Under the pieces are notes generated by a model, which saw nothing but the letters and a program-made list of their open reading frames with translations, made no database searches and was not told the origin of the DNA. A stretch of 64,000 nucleotides of DNA from a virus. Both the position numbers and the translations under genes were made by a program. Positions 19,918 through 29,366 of this stretch are shown piece by piece. Within the stretch, counting starts at the first letter, position 1. Each line of letters opens with the position of its first letter. The DNA is taken from the IMG/VR virus record IMGVR_UViG_3300009788_000088; one strand, 5' to 3'.

Positions 19918-21232
19918 TAAAATCACCGCACGGGCCACATTTCGGGCTCAGAGGAACCTTATTAATGAGATGGTTGATTATAAAGCCGATCTTGATGATA
20001 CCATCGCTAACGGTGGCCGTCTGATTATCGCTCAGGCTCCTGATAATCCACCCCTGACCAGAGCGCTTCAACCCCAGAAAGGAACGGGGACGGATACAGG
20101 AACGTATTTGATTGTCAAGGTTTATATTGGAGACCTTGGGGATCAAATAGTCAAAGTACCAGCCGCAGATTGGATTTCAACTACACGGATTAATGAAATT
20201 GAAGTATATAATGACGCCGACCAAATAATAGTTCCCGAAACGGGTCAGATTCTTTATCTCCAACTTGATAATGATCCAGAAGCTAAAGTACCCGGAGTCA
20301 AATATATTACCCCTGAAGGTCCATCCGCAAATATTTTAACTCTATCAGGATATCCAGAGTTGATTCGTTCTACTGCTGATGGTCTTTACCATGTTTATAA
20401 GTTTGTGTGGAATTCTACCAAGTGGGTGCTTCAACCAATTGGTGGTATGGCCGCACCTAACAATTACATACACCGAGTCAAAAGTTTTGAATTTGTGTTA
20501 TCGGCTGGGGGTGGAGTCAGGACTATTAGTTGGATTGATACTGGATATGATAAAACATATGTAACAGTATCAACCACAGATGGAATGGCATATACTATTT
20601 TAGATATAACAGGCACAACAACTGATGGTCAACGAATAGCTCTCCATATACAATCACCGAATATTACTTTACAACATACCTCCGATGGATTTTGGCAATC
20701 TGGAGGGGCTGACATATTAACCAAAACCGGAGATGTGTTAGAATATATTTTTGATGATTCTGTCAGTATATGGAAATGTATCGGGATGTCACGGTCTGTT
20801 TCCGGTGGTAACCCCAAAGCATTGTATACTGGTTTTGCCGGACCAATTTCCATGTCTTCTAATAATGCGTGGGTATATCCGGATTCGGTTGGTGGGTCGG
20901 TCGTGTATATAGACCCTCCCATAATCAAAGCGTCTACATTTGGATTCATTCTTCCTGTGGGATACTATGCCAAGATGTGGATTAACGGAACAATTTCGAT
21001 GGTACAAGCCGACCATGTAATTCGTTTAAGTAATAATGGTGGTTCACCATTCTTTGAAGCAAACGTGTCTCAAAGTAAATATGTATACTCTTCGGCTCCT
21101 TTTAGTATTGAATCCCCCCCTTTCTTAGTGACATCGGATAATGAAATCAGGTGGGGATTTAAAGAATTTGATGAAACAGGAAATGTTTTTGTTACTCATC
21201 TTGCTTGTGAGGTTTTAGGTTATGACGGATAA
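19910..21232 (+). CDS. baseplate-attached fibre/receptor-binding-like protein, paralog 1
   Basis: N-terminal ATFRAQRNLINEMVDYKADLD anchor shared with the next two genes; beta-rich body. Confidence 0.65.
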   Translation: MADKITARATFRAQRNLINEMVDYKADLDDTIANGGRLIIAQAPDNPPLTRALQPQKGTGTDTGTYLIVKVYIGDLGDQIVKVPAADWISTTRINEIEVYNDADQIIVPETGQILYLQLDNDPEAKVPGVKYITPEGPSANILTLSGYPELIRSTADGLYHVYKFVWNSTKWVLQPIGGMAAPNNYIHRVKSFEFVLSAGGGVRTISWIDTGYDKTYVTVSTTDGMAYTILDITGTTTDGQRIALHIQSPNITLQHTSDGFWQSGGADILTKTGDVLEYIFDDSVSIWKCIGMSRSVSGGNPKALYTGFAGPISMSSNNAWVYPDSVGGSVVYIDPPIIKASTFGFILPVGYYAKMWINGTISMVQADHVIRLSNNGGSPFFEANVSQSKYVYSSAPFSIESPPFLVTSDNEIRWGFKEFDETGNVFVTHLACEVLGYDG

Positions 21233-23105
21233 AATATTAGACGGCGACAATTTTGAAATTCAACGTACTAAAATCAATCAACAGGTTGATGAGAAGGGAC
21301 AACTCACTGCTATAGGTGGAAGACTGAAAGTTGCTCAAGGTTGGAGTCAGCAACGTCTGGTAGAAGCTACTGGCGTAGCTATGAATGGTACTACATTAGA
21401 ATATAATGATGACGGTAACCTCCTTATCGTTACAGCTATTGCAGGAAATTTTATTTATGATATTGAACAAAAGTCTACTGGAGAAACAGATGCACGGTTA
21501 ATTGTTGTCCGATTTGAGACAACTGGATTTATTACCCCTAGATTCGGCAACCTTGTCATGCCAGCAAATTACGGATCAGAAGGAAGTGGGGCCGCTATAA
21601 TAAATATCGTTCCCGGTCTTGAGTTAGTCTTTGTGGAAATTTATATAAGCCCCGGAGTATCCCAGTTCCATTTTATAGGAACGAACATTCCAGAGAAATT
21701 CGCACAGGGGTCTAGTACATATTCCGTTGGTGATGCCGGATCACCGTGGAACATCATCATATCATATGATTATAATATCCATCATGTAACCATTACAGCG
21801 GATGATAAAACGTTTACTGGGTTTGGTAACCCAACAACTGGCGGGGAAGCATACACCAACCGTGGAACTGTTCACTTTATTGTGTTGGATGAGGCGTCTA
21901 AATCATTAACAGTTATAAACTCATCAACTTTACAACTTCCAGAAGGTCGGGATTTTATTCTTCAGCCGGGTGATGTTGCTTCATTCCTTCAGATTAATGA
22001 ATCAACCGATACTTTTGTTTTGTTGGGAAAATCATCAACACAACTCCCACCAACAAAATCTGTTGTAATACAAGATGGTGATTTGCGAACCGTATCTGAT
22101 GCTACTTATGAACCTTTCTTTGCTGGAAATGCAACTATAAAATATAATTACGAATCATCATATATTGCAGGACCAACACAAATAAAAATCCCTGACGGGG
22201 TGACTAAAGCTAGATTTGGGGTATTGGTTTATGCTCCCAGTACAACACAACTTGAGCCACACGTTTATGGATTCAGGTTGCTTAAAAATTATGCCAAATT
22301 TACACCAGAAAATGTTGGGACTTTAGGAGAAACAGTAATTGTTGGGAATCCGTCTGGGAATTACTTGTCTCGTGCTGTGACATGGCTTAATCAAACTATT
22401 TTTTCTGTAGGCCCAGTAACATATCTTCATTTCAAAATTGATTCCGTGGTGGGTAATTTGGCGGCGGCTGGTGATTTGAAAATTTATGGATATGATGAAA
22501 CCAAATTAGGATCATATTATAATCCAATCGTTACAGCTAATGATACTATAACGATTGCAAACGCCGATATTGTTCCGGGAATTTTTAGTTTTAATGCGCC
22601 GATTGTTGGAGCTATAGATGAAGGGGAATATGCAAGTTACTTGTTTGATTTTGAAAATGATCCGGGTGTTGGGAATTATGTAAGATTAGTAGCGGCAAAT
22701 GCCGAAGAACTTGGCGCAATATTTCCAACTGAGAGTGGAACCGCAAATGGATTTTTTCTGGGTAATCAACACCCAAATATTTCAACATTACGATCTATCA
22801 GAGACAATATTAATGGACCCGTTTCAGTAGATAATGACTGGAACCAAACACTTGATGGAGAAGATTCTGATTACCCAATATGGATAGCAATACAAGAGTT
22901 TAATTCTACTCAAAACGTGATTTTGTCAGAAGCGACTTTTGGTGATGGACAGGTGGACCCTGATCACAATCTTTTAATGACAACACCAACAATTCCGGTA
23001 TCAGAGGGTGATACGTATTCTTTAGATTCTTATTTTGGTGGAGAACCAGACGGAGACCCGCCCAAAAATCAAATTAAAGAATTCTGGATGGAGATTATAG
23101 AGTAA
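21222..23105 (+). CDS. baseplate-attached fibre/receptor-binding-like protein, paralog 2
   Basis: N-terminal DNFEIQRTKINQQVDEK; internal LPEGRDFILQPGD module. Confidence 0.65.
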   Translation: MTDKILDGDNFEIQRTKINQQVDEKGQLTAIGGRLKVAQGWSQQRLVEATGVAMNGTTLEYNDDGNLLIVTAIAGNFIYDIEQKSTGETDARLIVVRFETTGFITPRFGNLVMPANYGSEGSGAAIINIVPGLELVFVEIYISPGVSQFHFIGTNIPEKFAQGSSTYSVGDAGSPWNIIISYDYNIHHVTITADDKTFTGFGNPTTGGEAYTNRGTVHFIVLDEASKSLTVINSSTLQLPEGRDFILQPGDVASFLQINESTDTFVLLGKSSTQLPPTKSVVIQDGDLRTVSDATYEPFFAGNATIKYNYESSYIAGPTQIKIPDGVTKARFGVLVYAPSTTQLEPHVYGFRLLKNYAKFTPENVGTLGETVIVGNPSGNYLSRAVTWLNQTIFSVGPVTYLHFKIDSVVGNLAAAGDLKIYGYDETKLGSYYNPIVTANDTITIANADIVPGIFSFNAPIVGAIDEGEYASYLFDFENDPGVGNYVRLVAANAEELGAIFPTESGTANGFFLGNQHPNISTLRSIRDNINGPVSVDNDWNQTLDGEDSDYPIWIAIQEFNSTQNVILSEATFGDGQVDPDHNLLMTTPTIPVSEGDTYSLDSYFGGEPDGDPPKNQIKEFWMEIIE

Positions 23106-24388
23106 TGCCAGAACCTATTTACGTACAGGCAACAGATACAATAGAAATCCAACGAACAAAAATCAATGACCTTGTGGATTGGAAGGCGGACCTTGATCCG
23201 GCCACAAGTAAGCTCGTTCCAGCCCAATTTCCAAAAATGATTGTGTCCGGGGTGGTTACTGTCGGGGTAGATGATTTATCAGTTAACATGGACATTAGTT
23301 CTATCAGTGATGGAACAGCAAGTTTTCTTCGGGTCCAACAGACAAGTGGATTTAATCAGTTTCTTGTAAAAACTACTTTTATTAATGATACAGCGCCGAT
23401 AGGAACACAATTTGATATGATGTTTATATCCAGTGGTAGGATCAGATTTAATTTTGCGACTGGGAACATTTATCGACCAGCATCACCAAACACCAGTATA
23501 TCAGCGGCCTCTGGACAAATATTAACTTTCAGAAAGACAGCCGCAGATTATTGGGAGCTTATTAGCAATTCAGAACCTACTAATATGCCAATGGCTATCG
23601 GTGGTCCGGGAAGTCTGGGAGGAACCCCGGCAAATTACATGGACTTGACACCCGGACAAAAATATTACAAATACGGAACTTTCACAACTCTTGCGGGATT
23701 TTATCAAAGTCCTCATTTCTTCTTTCAGAAGGGCATGACTGTTATCTTGGAAATTATTGGAGCCGGGGGAGATGTAATTACTCATAATAGTTCTAGCCTT
23801 ATTCTTCCATATGGAAATGATATTACCGTGGCAACTGGAGATATTTTTGAGTTTATGTTTGTGGACTCATCAAGCAATGTATGGCAATTGGTAGGGAGTA
23901 ATAAGAAATTCGTTGCGCCTTTATCAATTGGAGCCGGGGGAGATAACAGCGCCCTATCGGTAGCAAATGACACAGAAATTGAAATTCCTACGGGTGGTGG
24001 TGGCGGCGGGTCTGTTTTCTTTCAAGAAGGAATCGTAGTATTTAATTCTCCATCGGATAATTACATTTATGTTCCGAATGTTAAAAAATTCCGGGCTTAT
24101 GCTGGGGTGTTGTGGAATATCCCGGCTACTACCAATCCATCAACATGGAGATGGCTCCATCTTGATTATTATGACGGAACTCCTAGCCTTGAAAAACGAT
24201 TCTCCGTGGCTCAGAGAAGTGGGGATAATGATAGTGGCCAACAAGAGTGTGGACAACACATTGTAACCCCACCTTTAGACGGGACCATTAATGGAGGCGC
24301 TTACATCAAGGGCGTTATGAAACAGAATTCTGGGGTTGCTTTAAACTCCTTATCTTGTTTCCTTGCTATTGAAGTCATTGAATTCTAA
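23105..24388 (+). CDS. baseplate-attached fibre/receptor-binding-like protein, paralog 3
   Basis: N-terminal DTIEIQRTKINDLVDWKADLD; internal LPYGNDITVATGDIFEF module. Confidence 0.65.
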   Translation: MPEPIYVQATDTIEIQRTKINDLVDWKADLDPATSKLVPAQFPKMIVSGVVTVGVDDLSVNMDISSISDGTASFLRVQQTSGFNQFLVKTTFINDTAPIGTQFDMMFISSGRIRFNFATGNIYRPASPNTSISAASGQILTFRKTAADYWELISNSEPTNMPMAIGGPGSLGGTPANYMDLTPGQKYYKYGTFTTLAGFYQSPHFFFQKGMTVILEIIGAGGDVITHNSSSLILPYGNDITVATGDIFEFMFVDSSSNVWQLVGSNKKFVAPLSIGAGGDNSALSVANDTEIEIPTGGGGGGSVFFQEGIVVFNSPSDNYIYVPNVKKFRAYAGVLWNIPATTNPSTWRWLHLDYYDGTPSLEKRFSVAQRSGDNDSGQQECGQHIVTPPLDGTINGGAYIKGVMKQNSGVALNSLSCFLAIEVIEF

Positions 24389-24429
24389 CGTCTCCCGTTA
24401 TGAGATAAAGACACGTGGAGTGAAACGAT

Positions 24430-24444
24430 TATAAATACTTAAAA
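24430..24444 (+). promoter_or_regulatory. late promoter
   Basis: TATAAATACTTAAAA. Confidence 0.85.
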
Positions 24445-24477
24445 GTTTACATTTCACATTCAATACAAGGAGAGAAG

Positions 24478-25017
24478 ATGCCCCCAGAACAGGATGTCTT
24501 AATAGCTATACAAACGGAACTTTCGGGTGTTAACGCAACAGTGGGAGCATATGGTGAGCGTCTAGGAAAAATAGAGGACGCAATTATTACGTTGGCCGCA
24601 ACACAGGAGCGTGTTAATAATATTGCTGATGATTTGAAGTCCCGTGAATTGGCATTGCAAAATTTTCAGAACGCTATCTGGGAAGAGATACGTAGATTAA
24701 ACAAATACAATTCTGAGATGTTGGAAAAGGTTACGATCTTATCAGTTAGATCAGAAGACAATGCCAAGAAAGTAGATACGCTTGAAAAATTTAAAAATGA
24801 TGTCAATCCCCAGATAAAGGAGAATACTCGTTTTCGGGGATGGGGCGAGAAATTGGTGTTTATTGTAGTAACGGCCATCGTTGTGGGTGTCGTTGGAACT
24901 GTTATATCATTTAATAATTCGCAGACTTTAAGTCATAGGGACATTGCTAAATTGTTGGATGGTAGAACCCCAGTAGTGGAATTAGAACAAAACAACGTAG
25001 AAAAGGATACGAAATGA
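24478..25017 (+). CDS. coiled-coil protein with one TM helix near the C-terminus (holin-like or XhlA-like architecture)
   Basis: Heptad-rich N-terminal 120 aa, then WGEKLVFIVVTAIVVGVVGTVISF. Confidence 0.55.
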   Translation: MPPEQDVLIAIQTELSGVNATVGAYGERLGKIEDAIITLAATQERVNNIADDLKSRELALQNFQNAIWEEIRRLNKYNSEMLEKVTILSVRSEDNAKKVDTLEKFKNDVNPQIKENTRFRGWGEKLVFIVVTAIVVGVVGTVISFNNSQTLSHRDIAKLLDGRTPVVELEQNNVEKDTK

Positions 25018-25346
25018 AAGGATTCAGGGAATATGTAAAAGAGTCTACGTTGTCCGCTGATGTGCCACAAGCCGTAGGCCAGATTACCCCATCAAATAAG
25101 AAGACGGAGAAGAACACTACGGAGATGATTAAACGTGTTCCAGCTTTGCCGGGTGGTACTTTTGCCGGTGGACCTTACTTTGAAGTGGACCTTGATACCT
25201 TTACCAAATGTCAAAACGGTAAACCCCCACGGAAGTGGTGGGACACATCAACAAAGACCACGGGGATGAAACAGTTTGTTGAATCGAATCCGAAGCAATC
25301 CCCTGTCTGGATAAAATGGAAAAACTATTACCATAAGTTGAGGTAA
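25014..25346 (+). CDS. hypothetical protein with capsid-targeting-like N-terminus
   Basis: Starts MKGFREYVKES; late operon. Confidence 0.6.
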   Translation: MKGFREYVKESTLSADVPQAVGQITPSNKKTEKNTTEMIKRVPALPGGTFAGGPYFEVDLDTFTKCQNGKPPRKWWDTSTKTTGMKQFVESNPKQSPVWIKWKNYYHKLR

Positions 25347-25348
25347 TT

Positions 25349-25585
25349 ATGAAATTTAAAAATGTTAACGAAGCTCAGATGAATATCAAGAGCGAATTAG
25401 AGAATTTTATTCGTGATCACCTTTCCGGGACCAATAGGTCTGTCAAGGGTAATATGCTATGGCAGACAGTATCCCAGACTATCAAAGGCGCTACTAAAAA
25501 TCTTTTTGACCAAGCATGGCAAGGTCTTATTGATGATGGCCTTCTTGTCCCAGCCGGGGGTAATACTTACAGGTGGGAGAGGTAA
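25349..25585 (+). CDS. small winged-helix-like hypothetical protein
   Basis: 78 aa; FDQAWQGLIDDGLLVPAGGNTY resembles a wHTH helix plus wing. Confidence 0.5.
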   Translation: MKFKNVNEAQMNIKSELENFIRDHLSGTNRSVKGNMLWQTVSQTIKGATKNLFDQAWQGLIDDGLLVPAGGNTYRWER

Positions 25586-25591
25586 ATAAAT

Positions 25592-25615
25592 AGGGGCTCC
25601 AGAATTAGAGCCCCT
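25592..25615. terminator. hairpin between convergent late (+) and early (-) transcription units
   Basis: AGGGGCTC-CAGAATTA-GAGCCCCT. Confidence 0.6.
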
Positions 25616-25651
25616 TCCTAATAGCGGATCATTCAGACCCGTTGCCAGTAA

Positions 25652-25945
25652 TCATACTCCCCGATTAAGTTCCGCCACTGCCGCTTTAACCAGATGTTTT
25701 TCTGTGGGGCCATACTCTTTATAGAGGTTTATCACCACCGTATTCCCGGCGATGTAAGCCGCTTCTCTGGCCTTTTCGGAGTGAAGAGCTTCTATTGCCT
25801 CGTCACATGCCTCAACTGTATCCATTTCATCCAGAGATAATTTCATCGAATCTCTGAAAGACTTTGTAACAGCATCCTGAATACGGTCCTTGATGCTCTC
25901 CACCTCCATCTTCCGCCGCAATTTTCGTTGGGCTCTTTTGCTCAT
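25652..25945 (-). CDS. early hypothetical protein
   Basis: GGAGG RBS; ATGA overlap with the upstream gene. Confidence 0.7.
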   Translation of the reverse strand: MSKRAQRKLRRKMEVESIKDRIQDAVTKSFRDSMKLSLDEMDTVEACDEAIEALHSEKAREAAYIAGNTVVINLYKEYGPTEKHLVKAAVAELNRGV

Positions 25946-26184
25946 ACCGGAACCTCCTTTGCGAGATTACAAAGTGCGATGGTGAGTTCTTTCCGACACT
26001 CCACAACAATCTCCAGAATATCAGTACACAGACGGACGGGAGCTATAGGGACATCATCATTAATCTCCAGAATATCAGCCTCTACTCCCGAAGCACTGAG
26101 AATAGAACCCATAATGTTAAGAGCCCACATTCCAGTTTTAACTACATCAGCAACAACTTCTTTGCTATCACCTGTTATAGCCAT
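25942..26184 (-). CDS. early hypothetical protein
   Basis: AAGGAGG RBS, tightly packed operon. Confidence 0.7.
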   Translation of the reverse strand: MAITGDSKEVVADVVKTGMWALNIMGSILSASGVEADILEINDDVPIAPVRLCTDILEIVVECRKELTIALCNLAKEVPV

Positions 26185-26199
26185 AAGATTTGCCTCCTT

Positions 26200-26598
26200 T
26201 TATTCAATTACGAAATAGGGTACTGACCCCGGAAAGACAGACCACGTTGATCTCGGCAAACAGTAACTTACCTTATCGATGGCCATGCCCAACATCATTA
26301 AGTCCTCAGCGTTGGTCTGCTGTCCCCAAAGCTTCCCTTCTTTATCAAAGGGGGCGTTGAGGAAGGTATACCCACCCCCACTCTCCTTATGGAACTCAAT
26401 GGGAAGTTGGTTAAGGAGATCAATAATATTCTCCCTCTGCTCATCAACTTTCTCTGGACTAAACCCCGCAGTCTTGACGATTCCTTCAATGACGGTAGAG
26501 CGTTTCCATAACTCATCACGGGAAAATTCCTTTATTTCCTCATCAATCCACAAACACTTCTTAAATACTTCTGTTACATTCTCTGTGGTCAATTTCAT
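26200..26598 (-). CDS. conserved-looking phage hypothetical protein (real start at 26598, MKLTTENVTEVFKKCL)
   Basis: AGGGGG RBS before 26598; the longer track ORF overlaps the upstream gene; motif LPIEFHKESGGGYTFLNA...WG. Confidence 0.75.
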   Translation of the reverse strand: MKLTTENVTEVFKKCLWIDEEIKEFSRDELWKRSTVIEGIVKTAGFSPEKVDEQRENIIDLLNQLPIEFHKESGGGYTFLNAPFDKEGKLWGQQTNAEDLMMLGMAIDKVSYCLPRSTWSVFPGSVPYFVIE

Positions 26599-26608
26599 GA
26601 TTGCCCCC

Positions 26609-26899
26609 TTAGATTTCGTAAACAACCACGTAGGCCGGGTTTGCCCACTCAACATAAAAACCCCGCTTCTCCAGATAGGCAGAAAGCGCTGGGTGGACGC
26701 CGAAATCCCAGTCACGGGGTGCCTCGTAATAATCAACCACCGACATCGGACCTTCGCCTTTGTAAGAACACCAACTCTCCCCGGTGATCCTGACTTCATC
26801 ATCAACATCAAAGGCTATCGGATACCCTTTATCATGCTCAGGAAACATCTTGTTAACAGCCTTGACTAGACTGTCTCTGGTTTTCGTGGGAAGGCTCAT
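26609..26899 (-). CDS. early hypothetical protein
   Basis: AAGGAG RBS; FGVHPALSAYLEKRGFYVEW.NP motif. Confidence 0.7.
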   Translation of the reverse strand: MSLPTKTRDSLVKAVNKMFPEHDKGYPIAFDVDDEVRITGESWCSYKGEGPMSVVDYYEAPRDWDFGVHPALSAYLEKRGFYVEWANPAYVVVYEI

Positions 26900-27228
26900 A
26901 GTGGGTCTCCTTTCAACCTCTTGGGGAAATTGGGACCAACTGTCACAATGTACTCTGACCAGAATTTGGAGCCGCCCCAGCCAACATGTCTCCCGAATTT
27001 GTAAACCGGGAGGCCCGTTAAACTTCGTGACTTCTTTTCCACCTTTACCCAGCCTATTCTCTCCAAGAACTTCAAAGACTTCAGGCCACGTTTGCCAATA
27101 TCATAATCTGCCCAGACGTACCGTCCACCGCAGTGAGCTATCATCAGGGGGATATGGACTTCCCACTCCAACACAGTTTTCTTTCTCAGCCGGGGAGGTG
27201 ATCCGATTGTTCTCTTCCATTCTTTCAT
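26896..27228 (-). CDS. early hypothetical protein
   Basis: Operon packing, ATGA overlap. Confidence 0.6.
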   Translation of the reverse strand: MKEWKRTIGSPPRLRKKTVLEWEVHIPLMIAHCGGRYVWADYDIGKRGLKSLKFLERIGWVKVEKKSRSLTGLPVYKFGRHVGWGGSKFWSEYIVTVGPNFPKRLKGDPL

Positions 27229-27239
27229 AATGTCTCCGT

Positions 27240-27470
27240 TCAGTAACCTTCTATGTTAGCGGTCTTTAACAGAATCTCAACAGCTATTCGTTCCAGTGGG
27301 TTCAGCTTCTCACCCAGTGCGGCCGCTGTAATTTTCGTTTCAAGACAATCAATGGCTTCGGTGATTTCGTCCAACGGGTAGTACCCCATATCTCCACCAA
27401 CCTCCAGCTTGACAAGTGGGGCCGTTCCTCTTGGCACCAAGCTTTCTTTCAGGGCTTTTATCACGTCCAT
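27240..27470 (-). CDS. early hypothetical protein
   Basis: AGGAGG RBS. Confidence 0.7.
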   Translation of the reverse strand: MDVIKALKESLVPRGTAPLVKLEVGGDMGYYPLDEITEAIDCLETKITAAALGEKLNPLERIAVEILLKTANIEGY

Positions 27471-27483
27471 TAGATTTACCTCC

Positions 27484-27798
27484 TTACCAACTTACGTGAA
27501 TGATGTAGGTGCCGTTTTCGATGATACCCTCATCCCGAAGGAAGAGCATAATTTTTGACAGGTTGTAATTGCCTTTGAATCTTCCGGCCATCATTGCCTC
27601 AGCTATCCTGTCCGAATCCCACGGCTCCATGAGCTTCCAGTCTTCTCGGATGTGGTAGACAACGTGCATATCGTTCCGAAGCTCTTCATCCGCAACCATC
27701 TCATACGTGATGCCCAGAGCCTTCTTAATGAGTTTATCCAATTCGTAATAATCAACCCTGAATACTGGGGCTGTTAGGGGTTTGAATATTTTATCCAC
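27484..27798 (-). CDS. early hypothetical protein
   Basis: GGAGG RBS, GTG start. Confidence 0.7.
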   Translation of the reverse strand: MDKIFKPLTAPVFRVDYYELDKLIKKALGITYEMVADEELRNDMHVVYHIREDWKLMEPWDSDRIAEAMMAGRFKGNYNLSKIMLFLRDEGIIENGTYIIHVSW

Positions 27799-27806
27799 GA
27801 CGCCTC

Positions 27807-28124
27807 CTAGAAATCCTCTATCAACTTGCAGGACACGTAAAGCTCTTTCTTGGTTGCATACTTGGGCTTTACGAAATCATATGCGGCTCTGGCCATCCAT
27901 GGCTTACCGGAAACCACAACCGTTCCGGTTTCAGCATCGTGGAGTTCCCAGCTTTTAATCCAGCCATGGGAATACTCACCACGCTTGACATAGAAGTCAG
28001 AGCGGACAGCCTTGCACTCCCTACCTTCGTAGGTGATTGTCTTCAACTTCATGACAGCCTTGCCAGCCTCTTCTATTTTTTTCAGCTTTCTTGCCGCCAC
28101 AACAAAAGGATTCTCTGTCATCAC
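27807..28124 (-). CDS. early hypothetical protein
   Basis: Overlaps the stop of the HD gene; GGAGG RBS. Confidence 0.65.
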   Translation of the reverse strand: MMTENPFVVAARKLKKIEEAGKAVMKLKTITYEGRECKAVRSDFYVKRGEYSHGWIKSWELHDAETGTVVVSGKPWMARAAYDFVKPKYATKKELYVSCKLIEDF

Positions 28125-28672
28125 ACTTCCTCCAGCTTCATCAGTTTTTTCAGAGTCCGTGCATAACGCTCAGTCCTTCTAACATCCTCAACCGTTATCG
28201 TCTTCATCCGAGTCAGGTCCATGTTGTGAATAAGATCATATTTCTTAACCACCTTTGCGATGGGCTCTACTGAGAACCGTTTGAAGTAATCGTTCCAACT
28301 TTCACCGGGCCTTCGTGTCACACCGTCCACTCCATCAACCACATCCGCCGAGAAAATTTTCGCTAAATCCTCCAAAGTGGTCTCCGTATCCTCAACAACA
28401 TCATGAAGAAGAGCAACCGCAAGCATCTCATCTGACACAAAATTTGTCTCATATTCCAACATCAAGTTGGCCACTGCGGTGGGGTGTTTCCAGTATGGAA
28501 CGTCAGATTTGTCAAGCACCCCAGCGTGAGCTATCATCATCAGCCTCTCCGCCTTTAGGACAACCTCTCCGGCCTTGTGGCCACCACCCATGGCGACCAG
28601 CCGCTTGGCCTCTGAGAAGGAAACTACCGCTCCCGTCTCAAATAGTGTTTTTATTAGAATATCATTTCTCAT
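28121..28672 (-). CDS. RelA/SpoT-type HD-domain (p)ppGpp hydrolase-like protein (small alarmone hydrolase / Mesh1-like) with N-terminal S4-like motif
   Basis: AHAG..DKS..PYWKHP..VA...AVALLHDVVEDT...LEDL...F...V...V..VT...A..VK..D..HNM; ATG at 28672 after GGAGG and an early promoter. Confidence 0.85.
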   Translation of the reverse strand: MRNDILIKTLFETGAVVSFSEAKRLVAMGGGHKAGEVVLKAERLMMIAHAGVLDKSDVPYWKHPTAVANLMLEYETNFVSDEMLAVALLHDVVEDTETTLEDLAKIFSADVVDGVDGVTRRPGESWNDYFKRFSVEPIAKVVKKYDLIHNMDLTRMKTITVEDVRRTERYARTLKKLMKLEEV

Positions 28673-28688
28673 TACTACCTCCACCTAT

Positions 28689-28717
28689 AATATAACCTTT
28701 TTAATGGAGTGTGTCAA
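28689..28717 (-). promoter_or_regulatory. early sigma70-type promoter
   Basis: TTGACA-N17-TATATT-ATAGGTGGAGG on - strand. Confidence 0.85.
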
Positions 28718-28725
28718 GAAAATAC

Positions 28726-29112
28726 TTACAGTTCTATGAAGCCAAGAATATCTACGATGTGAGCTACACCATCTACAACAATTACATCACCAACACTCAT
28801 GGATGTGTGACTAGTACCAGCACTCCTGATGATGTATCTGGCTTCACCCCATGGGCTCCAAATATGGCCCTGCATGTTCATAAAGACGTTCTCCAAAGTC
28901 AGATCAACCTCACCCAGCTTGGCGTGTGTTTCTTCCAGTGTTTCAAGAGTGGGAAGTAGACCCCGCCTTTTTAAACCAGACAGATCACGGAGAGCCTTAA
29001 AAAAGAACTCAGTTTTAGCGAACCATATCTCGGTGGTCCCCGGCTCCAAGTTAGGAGCATCTGTAAGTTCCTTGTATGCTTTTACGCCTTTTGGTAAGGG
29101 TGCCAGTGCCAT
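28726..29112 (-). CDS. YodL-like domain protein
   Basis: C-terminal LENVFMNMQ...HTSMSVGDVIVVDGVAHIVDILGFIEL matches the YodL family pattern (HSLSVSDVV...YVD..GF). Confidence 0.65.
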   Translation of the reverse strand: MALAPLPKGVKAYKELTDAPNLEPGTTEIWFAKTEFFFKALRDLSGLKRRGLLPTLETLEETHAKLGEVDLTLENVFMNMQGHIWSPWGEARYIIRSAGTSHTSMSVGDVIVVDGVAHIVDILGFIEL

Positions 29113-29123
29113 GACTATCTCCT

Positions 29124-29366
29124 TTATAGTTTATCGATTGCTTTGGCGGCGGCCTCTGCGGAACCAAAGGTTCTAATCTTTCCGGTCTCATTCCGAAGAA
29201 CCTTATTGGACAGAAAGACTGCCCAAGGTCGTGTGGTGTTAGGATTGTAGTTTATTCCCCAACCACCTTTTGACCGCATAATTTTAGCGGAACCGTAAGA
29301 GTAACTTCTTACCCAACGACGATTCCTCATTCCGGCCAAGTCCAAAACTTCTAGGGTCTTTTTCAT
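29124..29366 (-). CDS. early hypothetical basic protein
   Basis: GAGG RBS, ATGA overlap; C-terminal RTFGSAEAA motif. Confidence 0.65.
   Translation of the reverse strand: MKKTLEVLDLAGMRNRRWVRSYSYGSAKIMRSKGGWGINYNPNTTRPWAVFLSNKVLRNETGKIRTFGSAEAAAKAIDKL

Noticed and set aside
26599-26811. N-terminal extension of ORF 26200..26811
   Set aside because: Overlaps the 26609..26899 gene; the RBS supports the start at 26598.
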